Origin: Eledone cirrhosa
Taxonomy: Eukaryota
Assembly: GCA_964016885.1 (NCBI GenBank)
Contig: OZ024744.1
Span: forward strand, 114,018,001-114,082,000
DNA length: 64,000 bases
Reading direction: 5' to 3'
Shown: one piece after another, positions 1 to 12,415 of the stretch
Numbering within the stretch: the stretch's first letter is position 1
Layout: each line of letters starts with the position of its first letter
The notes under the pieces: generated by a model
Databases searched by the model: none
What the model was told of the DNA's origin: nothing
The model's input: the letters and a program-made list of their open reading frames with translations, nothing else
Program-made: the position numbers and the translations under genes

Positions 1-200
1 TGTTACCAACATGACCACTTTACAGTGTGTACTGGGTACTTTTTGTTGTGGCACCTACATGACCACTTTACAGTGTGTACTGGGTACTTTTTGTTATGAC
101 ACCTACATTACCACTTTACAGTGTTTACTGAGTACTTTTTGTTATGACACCTACATTACCACTTTACAGTGTTTACTGGGTACCACTTTACAGTGTGTAC
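1..200 (-). repeat. 48-bp satellite array (same unit as 29390-30735 and 61280-64000, opposite orientation), cut by the window start
   Basis: ATGACCACTTTACAGTGTGTACTGGGTACTTTTTGTTGTG(G/A)CACCTAC recurs at 11 and 59 (period 48) and onward. Confidence 0.95.
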
Positions 201-3200
201 CCGTACCAAAGCCACAGACAACTAAAGCAGCATCATCAGTGGCAGCAACACCAATAGCTACATTTGAAGTAGCTACACCAGCAACAAAATTGCCAAAGAG
301 GGCTCCACTACCACCACCATCACCACCACAAGCACCACTGACAACAACAACCACACCACCACCAGCATCACCAAAAACACCAACATCCAAACACAACAAG
401 ACACACACCAAACAGCAACAAGAAGAAAACAGCAACAAAATCACCCCTCCCCACAAAAAGTACACAGCCATAAACATGGCAAAAAAAGAACTCATACAAT
501 ATATAAAGCAGCACACAGACATCACAGAAAAAAACTACTACACCCCACCAACACCAAGAACTCTCCCGACAAACATAAGCATCATCGAAATCTCAATAGA
601 ACAATACAAACCTTTAAAACAAAAATTCCCCAACGCAGTTGGAGACTTCAGAGGGGCGGTTACCAAGAGGATATACACTGACATCCTCTTGGAAACACCC
701 ATGACCAGCGAAAGGGACGGTTCTACTGTCCCTTCACCGCACGATCAAGGTAAGTGACCCTTTCTCACTTGCCCCGTTTCTCATCCAACATGGCCGTACT
801 CAGAATAGGCAGTATAAATGCACGTGGCCTGGGGTCATCTTGGAAGCAGGGTCACCTGCTCAACGACCTCAGGTCACTAAGCATAGATGTGGTGGCCATC
901 AGTGAAACCAGAATCTCCGAAGCACAAGCCTTCGCACCGATCTTCGGCGGCTACGATGTATACGCATCTCCCAGCCGTCCAGGATCGAGGGAGGGGTTGC
1001 TGTCCTTTTTCGGAGAGGCTTGGATCTCGCGATATGGGTCATCTTCCTGGACCTAGAAGGTAAGTCGGTGGTGCTGGACGTGACCGGCAGCGAAGGCAAT
1101 GCTTTCAGGCTAGTAGCCGTCTACGCCCGAACAGGGACAGGACGGCCAGATTTCTTCAGACATCAAGAGACCTTTCTTGGAACGTCCCGCTCTTTAGTGT
1201 TAGTGGGCGACTGGAACGGTATCTTGGATGCACGCTGGGATTGTGTGGGGCTAGTGGATAGGGGTGGAGAGAGCAAGAGTCTCACCAACCTGCTCAGACG
1301 TTTTGAACTGTCTGACAGGTATCGACTGGATCATCCGAATGTGCCTATGTGGACATGGACAAACCGCATCGGGTCATCCAGATCGTATCTCGATAGGGTA
1401 TTCTGCAGAGAACTAGATAAGGCTAGTATAAGTTGTCCACAATTTAAAATAGTCGACTACACAGACCACAAATTTGTGATCTGTGAGATCGACATAGACA
1501 GACTTCATAGATAAGGGCCTGGTTACTGGAAGCTGAACGCGTCTTTCCTGGCACGCAAAGCCTACAGAGACCGGATTAGCGTATTAGTTAAGCAGGCGTT
1601 GACGGGAGCGGTCGTCAACAACAGGTGGTGGTTCGATTAGGTTTAGCAAATTAAAGTAGTCGATTAGGTTTAGCAAAGGAGTAGTGATAGAGGAAAATAG
1701 AGTAGAGGGAGAGCTAGTCAGAAAGCTAGAAGAGGCATTTAGGACAGGCATCGCAACCGACGTGTTTGCGGCGAGATTGGCACTCGACCAATTCTTCAAC
1801 GCAAAACACGAAGGCTGTGTTGTCAGAGCTAGAGCGCGTGCTCTGAAACATGAGGGGACAAAAGCCGTCCAATGGGCCCAGGTGGCAGAGGCGTGATGTG
1901 GTAACAAACCCTCAATTCGGTCTTTGTCTGACCAAAACGGGTGCGTGATGCTCGAACCCGAGTGGATGTGTGAAGCTTTTCAGCAGCATTTTGCTGAACT
2001 GTTCGGGAGCGGCGGCGTGGACTTCAGTGCATACCTCGACGGACTGCCTCGGCTCTCGACGACCGCAGCGCAGTGTTGCAAAAAGCCAATAACAGCCGGT
2101 GAAATATGGGAAGCGATGGCTAACTGCGCGAGGGGTAAATCGCCAGGTTTGGATGGTCTGCCCTATGAGCTTTATGCATTTATGCCAGACTTGTTCGGTG
2201 ACCTCTTGGCAGACCTCTACTGCAACTGGCAGCAGAACGGGAGCATTGCCAGTTTTGTGAGCCGGGGAGCAGTGGCGCTGCTGAGAAAAGACCCGAACAA
2301 GGGGGATGTTATCGATAATTTCAGGCCCATAACCCTGCTTATCGCAGATTTCAAGATTTTGGCCAAGGTGTTAGCAATGAGATTGGTGCTTGTCGTCAAG
2401 GGTCTGGTGGGAGAGGCGCAGACATGCGCCCTTCCGGACAGATCCATACATGACAACCTCCACCTCATGCGATACATCATAGAGAGGGTGGTTAAGGAAC
2501 CTGGCACGGGTGGGACCCTGATCAACTTGGATCAATCCAAAGCATTCGATAGGGTCGACCATCGGTACCTGGCGGCGGTCCTTGAGGCAGCCGGTTTCGG
2601 GCCCGTTTTCAGGGGTTGGATCGCAGCAACGTACAGCGACATCTGCTCAGTTGTGAGGGTGAACGGTCATCTGTCGCAGCCGTTCAGCATCATGCGCTCA
2701 GTCCGCCAGGGTTGTCCCCTCTCGTCCCTCTTGTACGTATTGGCTCTCGAGCCGTTACTGCACAAACTGGGGCGATGAGGGCGTCCCACGTGACTTACGA
2801 TGCGGGAAATCCGAGTCGGCTTATGCTGACGACGTCACCGTAGTGGTGTCGAGCACCAGACACGTCCAGATGCTCGGCACCGCTCTCAAGGAATACGAAG
2901 CAGTGACAGGAGCAAAGATAAACCAGGAAAAGTCGGTGGGCTTGCAGCTCGGAACCTGGAGAGGCAAGTCCATGCCATCTGACAGCGTTGTGGGGCGTTG
3001 GACGGACGGACGGGTTAAATTGCTTGGGGTTTGGTTCGGACCGGACCTCCAGATGGAGAAAAACTGGAACGAGGTGACGAGCAGAGTGGCCTCCCTCACC
3101 CAGAAATGGGCTGAGAGGAAGCTGTCCCTGAAAGGCCAGGCGGAGGTGGCGAATGCGTACATCACATCCATCATCTGCTACCACCTCACCGTCGTCCCTT

Positions 3201-4460
3201 GCTCCAGCCCAACTCTCACCAAAATGGAGCGCCTCCTCTTCCACTTTTTGTGGAAGGGATGCGCTCCCATGGTCAGACGATCCATCTGCTGTCAACACCC
3301 GTTGCGTGGAGGACTGGGCATGCCATGGCTGATGATGCGCAAACATGTGCTGAGGCTGCGACATCTCTGGTGTTTCTTTGACGGTGAACAGGTGTGGTCG
3401 CCGTTCGCCAGGCACGTTTTCCCACAGCTTGTCTCCTTGACGGAGCTGCAGTCCTGGGTCAGGAAAAAGACCGAGGGATAGCGCTTGGAAACTGGAATGT
3501 CTCCAGGTGCTCACTGCCCTCTGCCAGCTGGGGACCAGTATCGGTGGAACATCCACCTCGGCGTTCTATAGAGGACTAGTGGAGGGGAAGAACGACGACA
3601 TTCTCGGAGAGATCCTGGGCGTCGAAGAAGATCAGCTGTTTGCTCTCTTCCGGAGAACTTTCAGCCCGGGGCCTATGGATAACTTCCAAAAATCCCTGGC
3701 CTGGCAGTGCTACCGGGGAGCGCTGCCGGTTCGAGATAAGCTCTACAGGCACGGAAGTGCCGTCAGCCGAGCGTGTCTGAGATGCGCACAGAGCAACGAA
3801 ACCGTTGTGCACGCACTCGTTCAGTGTCCGAGCATTGCTGACTTGTGGAACTATGTCGAACAGTTGCTGTCGAGTGTAGGACCGATCCGGTTATCGACTG
3901 AGTCCATTGTGCAGAGGGTCTCGCCGTCTTCCTTCGAGGAGGAAGGGCAGGTGGTTTTCATCTGCTTGGTGGCCATGGCGAAAGAGATTGTGTGGTGGAC
4001 AAGGTTGAAAGGGTTAAAGATAGACACTTTCCTCTTCGGCGAATCCCTAATTAACTTTTCCAAGGTTCACTTGAAGAGGAAAATCAGGGTGGAGAGGCAA
4101 GTGCTGCCTTCTAGCAAGTTTGTTGAAAGGTGGGTGAATGTAGAGAGAATGGTCCGAGTGAACGGGACCGCTCTGAATATACGTCTGTAGTTTGAGAGAT
4201 GGAAAAATTGAGAGAGGGCACTTGCCCTGGTGGTCAGGGTGGCCGTGGTCTTTTGTGTGGTTTTCGCCACGAGTAACCCTCGGAGGTTTCCCCCCTATTG
4301 GGGAATTTTTCATTGTTTCAATTTTCATTTTTATTATATATATGTTTCTATGTCTTTTTTTTTCTGCTGTGAACAAAACCCACATCGTACTGTCCTGTAC
4401 CATCCTGTGCCGTCTGTAATGTTTTTTCTTGATGTCATCCCTTGTGGCCAATAAAGAAAT
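201..4460 (+). mobile_element. Tx1/L1-group non-LTR retrotransposon, 5'-truncated and degenerate (ORF1 tail, ORF2, 3' UTR)
   Basis: Pro/Thr-rich ORF1 remnant to 757; ORF2 from ATG 790; 3' UTR ends CCCTTGTGGCCAATAAAGAAAT then (ATT)n; colinear with 41808-47420. Confidence 0.9.
790..4190 (+). pseudogene. LINE ORF2 (APE endonuclease, reverse transcriptase, C-terminal Cys/His finger), frameshifted
   Basis: APE motifs SINARGL, ISETR, VGDWN, SYLDRVF, TDH; RT motifs KSPGLDGLP, FRPITLL, DQSKAFDRVDH, VRQGCPLS, AYADD; CLRC..ETVVHALVQC; several stops and frameshifts. Confidence 0.92.
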
Positions 4461-4488
4461 CATTATTATTATTATTATTATTATTATT
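4461..4488. repeat. (ATT)n microsatellite, split by the RLE LINE; the other part is at 5451-5503
   Basis: Read directly from the sequence. Confidence 0.95.
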
Positions 4489-4489
4489 T

Positions 4490-5450
4490 GCATTTATCTT
4501 GCTTTATGTTTATACGAGTTATCACCAAGTCACAACCAGTGACCTCAAGAGACAACAAGGTCCGCCATGTTCAAGAAAGAACACACATATTCACACATGC
4601 ATCCTTAGTGTTTAGACTTGTGATGTACTTATATTGACAGGATCTTCCTTAGTATATGGGCAGTTCCCATTAGTACTATCTTTTGTATTTCTCCTATACG
4701 CGGGTTTCCTGGGATTTGCGATAAGTAGTCGTTAGACCCCTTAGGTATCATTCCCAGAGCGCCTACAACCACTGGTATTGTTTTAGTTCTCAATTTCCAC
4801 ATTTTTCCAATTTCTATCTCCAGGTCCTTATACTTGCTCAATTTTTCAAATGTTTTTATAGATACATTCTTGTCTATTGGAACAGACATATCAATTAGCA
4901 GGCATACCCTCCTTTGAAAGTCCTTCAATATTATATCAGGTCTATTTGCATCTATTTTTCGGTCTGTTTGGATGCTAAAGTTCCACAAGATTGAGATGTG
5001 ATCTTTTTCAAGTATGGGAGGTGGTTGATGCTCCCACCAATTCTTTTGATGGGGCAGGTCAAAATGCTTGCACATTATCCAATGTATGTATTGTGCAGCT
5101 CTGTCATGCCTGTTTAGGTATTCGGTTGGAGCTATAGGACTGCACATTGAAATTATATGGTCAATGGTCTCTGGTTGTTTTTTGCATACACGGCATAATG
5201 GGCTGCACCCATTTTTTATTATGTTGGCTTGGTAATTTTTTGTTGGCAAACACTGATCTTGTGCGGATATAATCAGTCCTTCAGTCTCCGATTTCAGTCC
5301 AGAGGATGCCAACCACTGATGGGTTAAAGTTTTGTCAACATCAGGATTGTTAGCTCGCTCTGGGTATTTTCCATACAGAGGCTTTTCTTGCCATTTCTTA
5401 GCCAGTTTCTGTAGCAGTTCTTTCTTTGCAGTTACTTTTACCTGCTTTGC
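4490..5450 (-). mobile_element. R4/Dong-like non-LTR retrotransposon, 5'-truncated (CCHC finger and restriction-like endonuclease)
   Basis: ORF 4629-5312: SETEGLIISAQDQ, CRVC..ETIDHIISMC, RHD, NRPDI..LIDMSVP..EKLSKY; flanked on both sides by (TAA)n. Confidence 0.9.
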
Positions 5451-5503
<53 letters not shown>

Positions 5504-5901
5504 ATACATAAAGAAATGAGGAAGTCATTGCTAGAACAGCTAAATGCTGTCAAAAACAGCAATGGCCAAAAATGCCTCAGAAGACAGAGGCCAGCGACCA
5601 GTGGTCAACAGAGAGACAATCCACAAGGTTGGGGACAGGCAGATGGAATATAGAAAAGACTGAAAGAGGAGGAGGAGAAGAAGAAGGGTGTTGAGGCATA
5701 GAAGTGACTGGAACAAGGAAATAAAGAAAGGTGATGTACAAGACAAGTTTACACACACATCTTACCAGCAAAAAGATTTTTTTTTTTGTTGCATGATCCA
5801 GCATTTCAAAATTGTACTTCAATTAAATCATGCGAAATGATTTTTCTGGTTTGAGAGCTGTTGAGATTGAAGATGTGTGTGTATAAACATGCATACATAC
5901 A

Positions 5902-7438
5902 TTCAACCAGGGAATATTACACCCGATTAAGAAAAATGTGGTCATCGGAACTCTAAAAATATGGTCATCGGAATAAAACTGGCTCACAATGTGCCTGTTC
6001 TAACACCAACGTTTGGAATACACAATTGGACAATAGATGAAATCCGAGCAATTAGGAGTTAGGACTCGAAAAATACTAAATAACACTGGAAACTTCCACA
6101 TCAAGTGATATAAACAGCCTCTACTTGAAACGTAAGCAGGGATGCAGAGGCCTAACATCAGTCCAGACAGAATTTGAGTGTCGTATCATATCCCTCCGAC
6201 AACATCTACAAACATCGAAGCGTAGGAGCCCATCTCTTGAGCAAGTCGAGACAGATAAGATAGTGAGAGTTGGGAAGGAACTCCTTGAGAGATATTCCCT
6301 GCATGATAATCAAAAACTCACACCCAGGGAAATTGTCCAGCAATACCGCAGCAAATCCATGGATGAAAAACTGCATGCTTATCAGCAAAAAATCATGCAT
6401 AGATATGTTGCCAGGAAGCTCCAGAGTGAGAATAATATAGATAAGGAAAGTAGTCTATCCTGGACCAACAACCGCTATATTGGCTCCCACTTTGAAGGAT
6501 ACGCTTTTGCAATCCAAGAACAGGAAATCACTACAAAATACCTGATTCACAAAAGAGACAGGGATGTAGGCAAAACACCTAGATGTGACAACAAGTGCAG
6601 ACTCTGCAGAATTAACATCGAAGATGTCACCCATGTCATCAGCAGCTGTCCAAAGATGTCATGGTGGTACTATCTACCTATGAAGCATGATGTAGTGGCC
6701 AAAACACTGTACAATGCAATCCGTAGAAAAGATAGCTCCGACAATAAACATATAAAAGCTACAGCAATGTGGAAGACATACATATAGATAATATGAAAGA
6801 GTACTGGCGGAATGTTCCAGTAAAAACTTCAATAAAATGCAGGCATAACAGACCAGATATAATGATATGGGAAAGGTAAAAGAAAGCATGCACAGTAGTG
6901 GAAGTTAGCTGTCCAACAGATGCCAATATAATATCAAAGATTAGCGAAAAGGAGAATATTTATGCAGAACTAATGAGAAATCTGCAGATACTCCACCCTG
7001 ATTACACCTTCAGATTTATGCCTGTGATTATTGGGGCATTGGGGTATGTTAGTAACTGCCTCAATACAAATCTTGAGAAGCTAGGCTTCACAGGAACAGA
7101 AAGAACACAACTAGTTAGGAAATTACAAGTACAATCCATTAATGGAACAGTAAAAATATATAAAACATTCCAAAAATTCTGCATCTAATAATTGCATATA
7201 CACTTATACAGATACAAAGCATATACACATGCACACATACAACTCAAAACATCCACATCCACACATACAATAACATCCATATCTACACATGTATGCATGC
7301 AGACATGTATGCATGCAGACATGCATACATGCATACATGTCTACCTATTTGATGTTGTGTAAATTCCAATGAGAGAGTCTTGTGTCTATGTTAGAAACCG
7401 ACTCTCTCTCTACTGGTAAACATTTATAAAATAATTGT
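5902..7438 (+). mobile_element. R4/Dong-like RLE LINE, 5'-truncated, second family; 3' UTR resumes at ~11761-11786 after the SINE/LTR insertion
   Basis: FEGYAFAIQEQEI, CRLC..EDVTHVISSC, KHD, HNRPDI, EVSCP, PVIIGALG; TTTATAAAATAATTG present at ~7424 and at 11761. Confidence 0.85.
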
Positions 7439-7578
7439 TTCTACTTTTGGCACAAGGCCAGCAATTACCCAGTACATTACTGGTACTTTATTTTATCAAC
7501 CCCGTAAGGATGAAAGGCAAAGTTAACCTTGGCGGGATTTGAACTCAGACTGTAAAGGGACGTAACTATGCTAGATAG

Positions 7579-7830
7579 TGTGGTTAGAAAAAGCTATCTC
7601 ACTTACCGCTTTTCATAGGCGCCGCTAAATCCCATGGCTGGTTTCTCCTCTTCCACGTGCGTCCAACTCATTAACACCCGGGAGCCGCCAAACTCGCGTC
7701 CACACCGTTTGATCACCACAAGAGAGAAGCCGATCTGCTGGTCCTTCCGGTCAAGCACCCTTCCGGTCAAGCACTCTTCCGGTCGGGCACTCCCCAGCTT
7801 CCGGCCACCACACACCACACCATACCCACA
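7579..7830 (-). repeat. 3' LTR
   Basis: Direct repeat of 11332-11594 with TG...CA ends; adjacent purine-rich AGGGTGGG on the - strand is a possible PPT. Confidence 0.92.
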
Positions 7831-10800
7831 TGCCCACCCTGATCTCAAGGATCAATTTTCCCCCTCGTCCTTCTGCATATGAATGTCTGCTGCCCAGGTT
7901 GGTGGTTTGCGACTTCTTTGCGATCTCCGCAGGGTTGGGGCGGCACTTTGGGTTTCCTCTTCCTCGGAGTCCATTGACACAGTGATTCTACGGACATCCA
8001 GGACATGACTTGGTACTCCGTCCACGGACACATTGTTCTGGGAATTTACGGCCGTCACCGTTCCCCTTCCCCCATTGAGATGTGCAACGCGCATCTGGGG
8101 GCTTAACCCAGACTTCTTCGCCCACCTGCACAAATGCATTCTCTCTCCCCACTGGCCATTGTGGTGGCGTGCACAGGTGCCGCCACTCGTATCTAAATAC
8201 TGCTCTGTGTGGCACCGATTCCTCGACCTGTCCCACCCGAGGGGACATGTTGTACCAGAACACTGCCTCCATTGGTGAGATGTGGCCCCGCTCCGCCATT
8301 GCCTTGATCGTCCGGTGGTGTCGCTCCACAATTCCATTTCCGCTCGGCCTGTACGCTGCTCTGAAGAAACGGTAGTGCGTTACATCCATCGCCAATCGCT
8401 TCCAGTCGCGAGCCACCGAGAGGCTTCCCGTTTCGTGCACACCCGGGGCGGGATCAATGGACTGACATCGGACGCAGCCTCTAACCACCCTTTGAACACT
8501 GTGTCTGTTAACGTCCGAGTCGATTCTCCTGGCTAGTAACAGGGTCCTATCCACTCCCATGTGGTGCATGTCATGCAACCCTTTCAGATCCGACTCGGTT
8601 AGCCGACACACGGCAGCTATCTCCTCTTCTACCTCCTCCGGCGCTTCTATTCAGGCTTTCTTCACCCTCGTTAAGATGTCCGCCCTATTTTTCTCTGAGG
8701 GCACGAAAACTACGCTCAGCCTCAGGTCGAACTCGGTGGCCAGATCTCCCAAAGTTCCCAGGCAGCGCTTTATCAGCATCTCCGCCGCGCCTCTCGTTTG
8801 CACTCTCTTCTCACTGGTGAGCACTGATCTCACCCATCCGAGTACAGTAGCCGAGTCGGTGCGTATCTCGATGGTGCGCAGTCCCCACCTCAGGGCGAGG
8901 TTCACCCCTCTCAACACCGCGTCCAGTTCGGCCACATTGATGTGGTTGCAGTCGTCCTTCTTCCTAATCCAGGCTGCATCCTCGACCTCAACACCTCCTA
9001 TCTCCAACATGACACCCAGCGCTATGCTGCTGGCATCGCACCATACGGTCCCGCTCTGCGATTTGGGAACATACCAGCGTCCCCGCACTGGGTCGTCGGC
9101 CTTCACCCTCTCCATGATCTCCTGCATCATGGCCACCGTCCTCTCTCCCACTCTGTCACTCCAAGTCACCCCTCCCACTCGTCTCTTGACATAGCTGCAT
9201 GCCGTCCGGAGCCACCCAGCAATCGGGTAGTGACCCACCAACTTTCCACACACCGAGAAAAGCTCCCACCTACTCATACTGGGGCCCAGTTCTGGAACTT
9301 CGTTTCCCCTCTGGAATACCAAGACGCCCGTCCTGTCTCGCCGTAGCCTAAGTCCCAGCGCGGCTCCTCCCTCCAACGCTTCTGTCAGCTTCGCAGCCAG
9401 TCCATACCCCTGTAAATAGCTTGTGACCTCTGCCGCCGACACTACAGACTCGTCCACTAGGATGTCGTCAATGTAGGAGTTAGTGGCCCTCTTCATCTTG
9501 TCGGCTTTTCCCAGAATGGTCTTGAGGACCGCCGCCATGATCTTCGGTGCGGAGCTCAGCCCGAAACCGAGCCTGGTCAGGCAATATGTCCGGCCCTTAT
9601 ACCTGACCAGCTGATACTGCCAGAGCTTCTCATCTATATACAATTGCAAGTATGCCGACTTTAGATCTACGATTGCGGAACCCCCGTCATGTGTCTACAC
9701 TTACACAGGGTTTCCCCACAGACATCCGTGACCTCGCCACCCGTGTGGCATGACACGTGCTCATTCAGCTCTCGAAAGTCACCTTGTTCTTCGTGGGTTG
9801 CGCCACCGCCATTAACAGCAATACTCCGCACTTCACCTCCTCTTTCCAGGGAAGCAGTATGCCCTCCTCAATCCATCTCTCTACCTCTCACTCGAGCTCG
9901 CTCCTAATGTCTCCCTTCAATGTGTGTAGATAGCAGCCCACTTTGGTCTTCAGTGTTGGTGGTTCTCCCTTCCAGTACTACTCAACAACCCATCGCTGCC
10001 CATTGAACACAGCCTTGAAGTCTTTGTCCTGCACAGTGTAAGCGGGATATTTCTCCTTGTGGGCCTTCTGGTTCTCCTGTCGCGTACTCACAGTGCATAC
10101 CGATGCAGTGCCGCCAAACGACACACCGACGTTGTTCACTGTGATGCCTCCTAGACGGCCAATTGTGTCCATGCCCATAATCACGCCGATCCCATCCACC
10201 ACGTTGTCAACTACGATGGCAGAAAGCCTTATTTCCTTCCCCGTACCGCCATCGCCAACTCGCTGCGACCTCGGCATTCAGTTTTCCTGCCGTCGACTGC
10301 CCTTACACTGCTCTTCCCTCTCCACATCTGCTCCACCCCCGTGGTCACCAGTGTCGTCGTACAGCCCGTGTCCACGAGGGCTCGCTGTGGCTTTCCCCTT
10401 ACGAAGACTTCCACCACGGGCAGCGCCTCTACTCGTAAGGGGCAACTACCGGCGCAGTAGTTCCCCTTGGATCGTTTCCCTGGTCGCAGTTAGTAGCGAT
10501 GTGGCCTGGTCACTTACACCGGTAGCATATTATTTCCGGCCTTGACTCTCTACAGTCTCTCGCCATGTGCGGGCCCTGGCACCTAAAACAGCTACCCTTA
10601 AACATTCGCAGGCGACCGCGTGCCGTGTTGCCTCCCTTTCACCATTTCGCTGCCAGCTGTCTTGAGCCTTTGTAGTTTCTATCGCCGTGACACTCTTCTT
10701 GGAATCTTCTGCTATGATGCGGACTTGTTCCACCAGTGAATGCATCTCCATTTCTTTGTAACCCAGGACTTGCTGCAGTTACACCGCTATGTCGTCTGGA

Positions 10801-11331
10801 AATCCATTTATGAACGCCAACTGCACCGTGCGTTCGCATTCCACCTGATATCCAGCCAACATGGCAAATCGCTGTATTTCCACTGTGAAAATGTCAACGC
10901 GTTCACCGTTCCATCTAATTCTTGCCAGCTTAGCAAAAGCGACTAACGGTCCCTCTGCGAACGTTTCGATCATGTGCCTCTCAATCATTTGGGCATCCCT
11001 TTGGCTGTGTTCATCCAACTCAAGGATGAGTACCAACGCGTCCCCCTCGAGGTACAGTGCTATGAGGCCAGCAACATCTTCTATCTTCTGTAAGCTTGCG
11101 ACCAGCCGAACTTTTCGCAGCCAACCGACAACATCGCCTTCACCGGTAAATGCCCTAATCGCTTCGCTCGTTCGTAATCTCGTCGCCATATCCTAATTTG
11201 TCTTGCGGTACGTAATAAAAAAAAAAACAACAGACTCCTCTCTGTTTTTCCAGTGGCTTTGTTTTCGAGAAAGTTTTTTTTTTTTTTTTTTTTTTTTCAG
11301 TCAGATCTCAGTTTCCAGTGCCGAAATAGCT

Positions 11332-11594
11332 TGTGGTTAGAAAAAGCTATATCACTTACCGCTTTTCATAGGTGCCGCTAAATCCCATGGCTGGTTTCTC
11401 CTCTTCCACGTGCGTCCAACTCATTAATACCTGAGAGCTGCCAAACTCGCGCCCACACCGTTTGATCACCACTAGAGAGAGGCCGATCTGCTGGCCCTTC
11501 CGGTCGAGCACCCTTCCGGCCAAGCACCCTTCCGGTCAAGCACTCTTCCGGTCGAGCACTCCCCAGCTTCCGGCCACCTCACACCATACCCACA
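11332..11594 (-). repeat. 5' LTR
   Basis: Direct repeat of 7579-7830, upstream of gag; contains tandem ~16-bp CCGGAAG units. Confidence 0.92.
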
Positions 11595-11655
11595 GAAAGC
11601 ATGGCGTCCAACCCTCTACCGATACTGCCAATTCACAGCCCTATATTTATAAAAT

Positions 11656-11760
11656 AATTATTTCTACTTTAGGCACAAGGCCAGCAATTACCCAGTGCAT
11701 TACTGGTACTTTATTTTATCGACCCCGTAAGGATGAAAGGCAAAGTCAACCTCGGTGGGA
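11656..11760 (-). mobile_element. SINE family A, 3' part
   Basis: Near-identical to 7439-7540. Confidence 0.85.
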
Positions 11761-11834
11761 TTTATAAAATAATTGTGAAACCAGAACATACATATATACA
11801 TGTAAACATATATCCATCCATCCATACATACATG

Positions 11835-12402
11835 ATGATGGTTGTAACTCAATTTGGAGTAATGCCATCACTTGATACTTAATCATGACCATCACTGACG
11901 TGACCATTTAGTCCTGCTAGGGACTTGCCTGTGGCCAGCAATACCATGTATCGCAATAAATGTCACATATCAAGCGATGTCTGTGCTTGAAGTATTTACA
12001 AGTGAGGAAAGGCTGTGCACGGAGCCAGTCCCACTCTCTGAACATCCAATGTATTTACCCCAAAAAGTAGAACTGGTCTACATTATTGGATACAAATGAA
12101 GTCGTAGATTTTATATTAGAGTGACCTTCTCCTAGAGAGATGTCTTAATGAAGACTAGGGATCCCTCATTCCACTGCCTCCATCCCCCCTCCCCACCACC
12201 ACCACAAAAAAAAACTTTATTGGGTGGCTGTTGACCCTCTTGAGTTTCTCTGCCCCTTTGATGGGTCTTGATATCATCCCCCAGGGTGTCCAAAATTAGC
12301 AAGCAAGCTTGGTGGGGTTGCCAGTTTAGTCGCCGATGATCTGACCATGCACAGGTTGTACTGGGTTACATGTTATCAGTAGCACTGAAGAACAACCTGA
12401 TG
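11835..12402 (-). repeat. Dispersed repeat, possibly a LINE 5' UTR; related copy at 26831-26940 (+)
   Basis: Both share CAGGTT..GTG(C/T)TAC(T/C)G(A/G)TAACATGTAACCCAGT(A/G)CAACCTG..ACTAAAC..TAATTTTGGA(C/T)ACCCTG. Confidence 0.5.
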
Positions 12403-12415
12403 TACATACATACAT

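Larger units (their letters stand above)
7579..11594 (-). mobile_element. Gypsy-like LTR retrotransposon (gag-PR-RT-RH-INT), degenerate, both LTRs present
   Basis: LTRs TGTGG...CCACA at 7579-7830 and 11332-11594; 5-bp TSD GATAG/GAAAG; gag 10779-11189, CCHC CYRCK*PGHIATNC near 10500, protease LVDTG, RT DLKSAY/FGLSSAP/YIDD, RNase H CDAS/AEL/TDS, integrase HHCC and SGNGIVER. Confidence 0.93.
7439..11640 (-). mobile_element. tRNA-derived SINE (family A) split by the LTR element; parts at 7439-7578 and 11595-11640
   Basis: The two halves rejoin into the reverse complement of the intact copy at 26525-26704. Confidence 0.88.

Noticed and set aside
11-757. 248-aa ORF as a single gene
   Set aside because: Chance fusion of satellite translation with the truncated Tx1 ORF1 tail.
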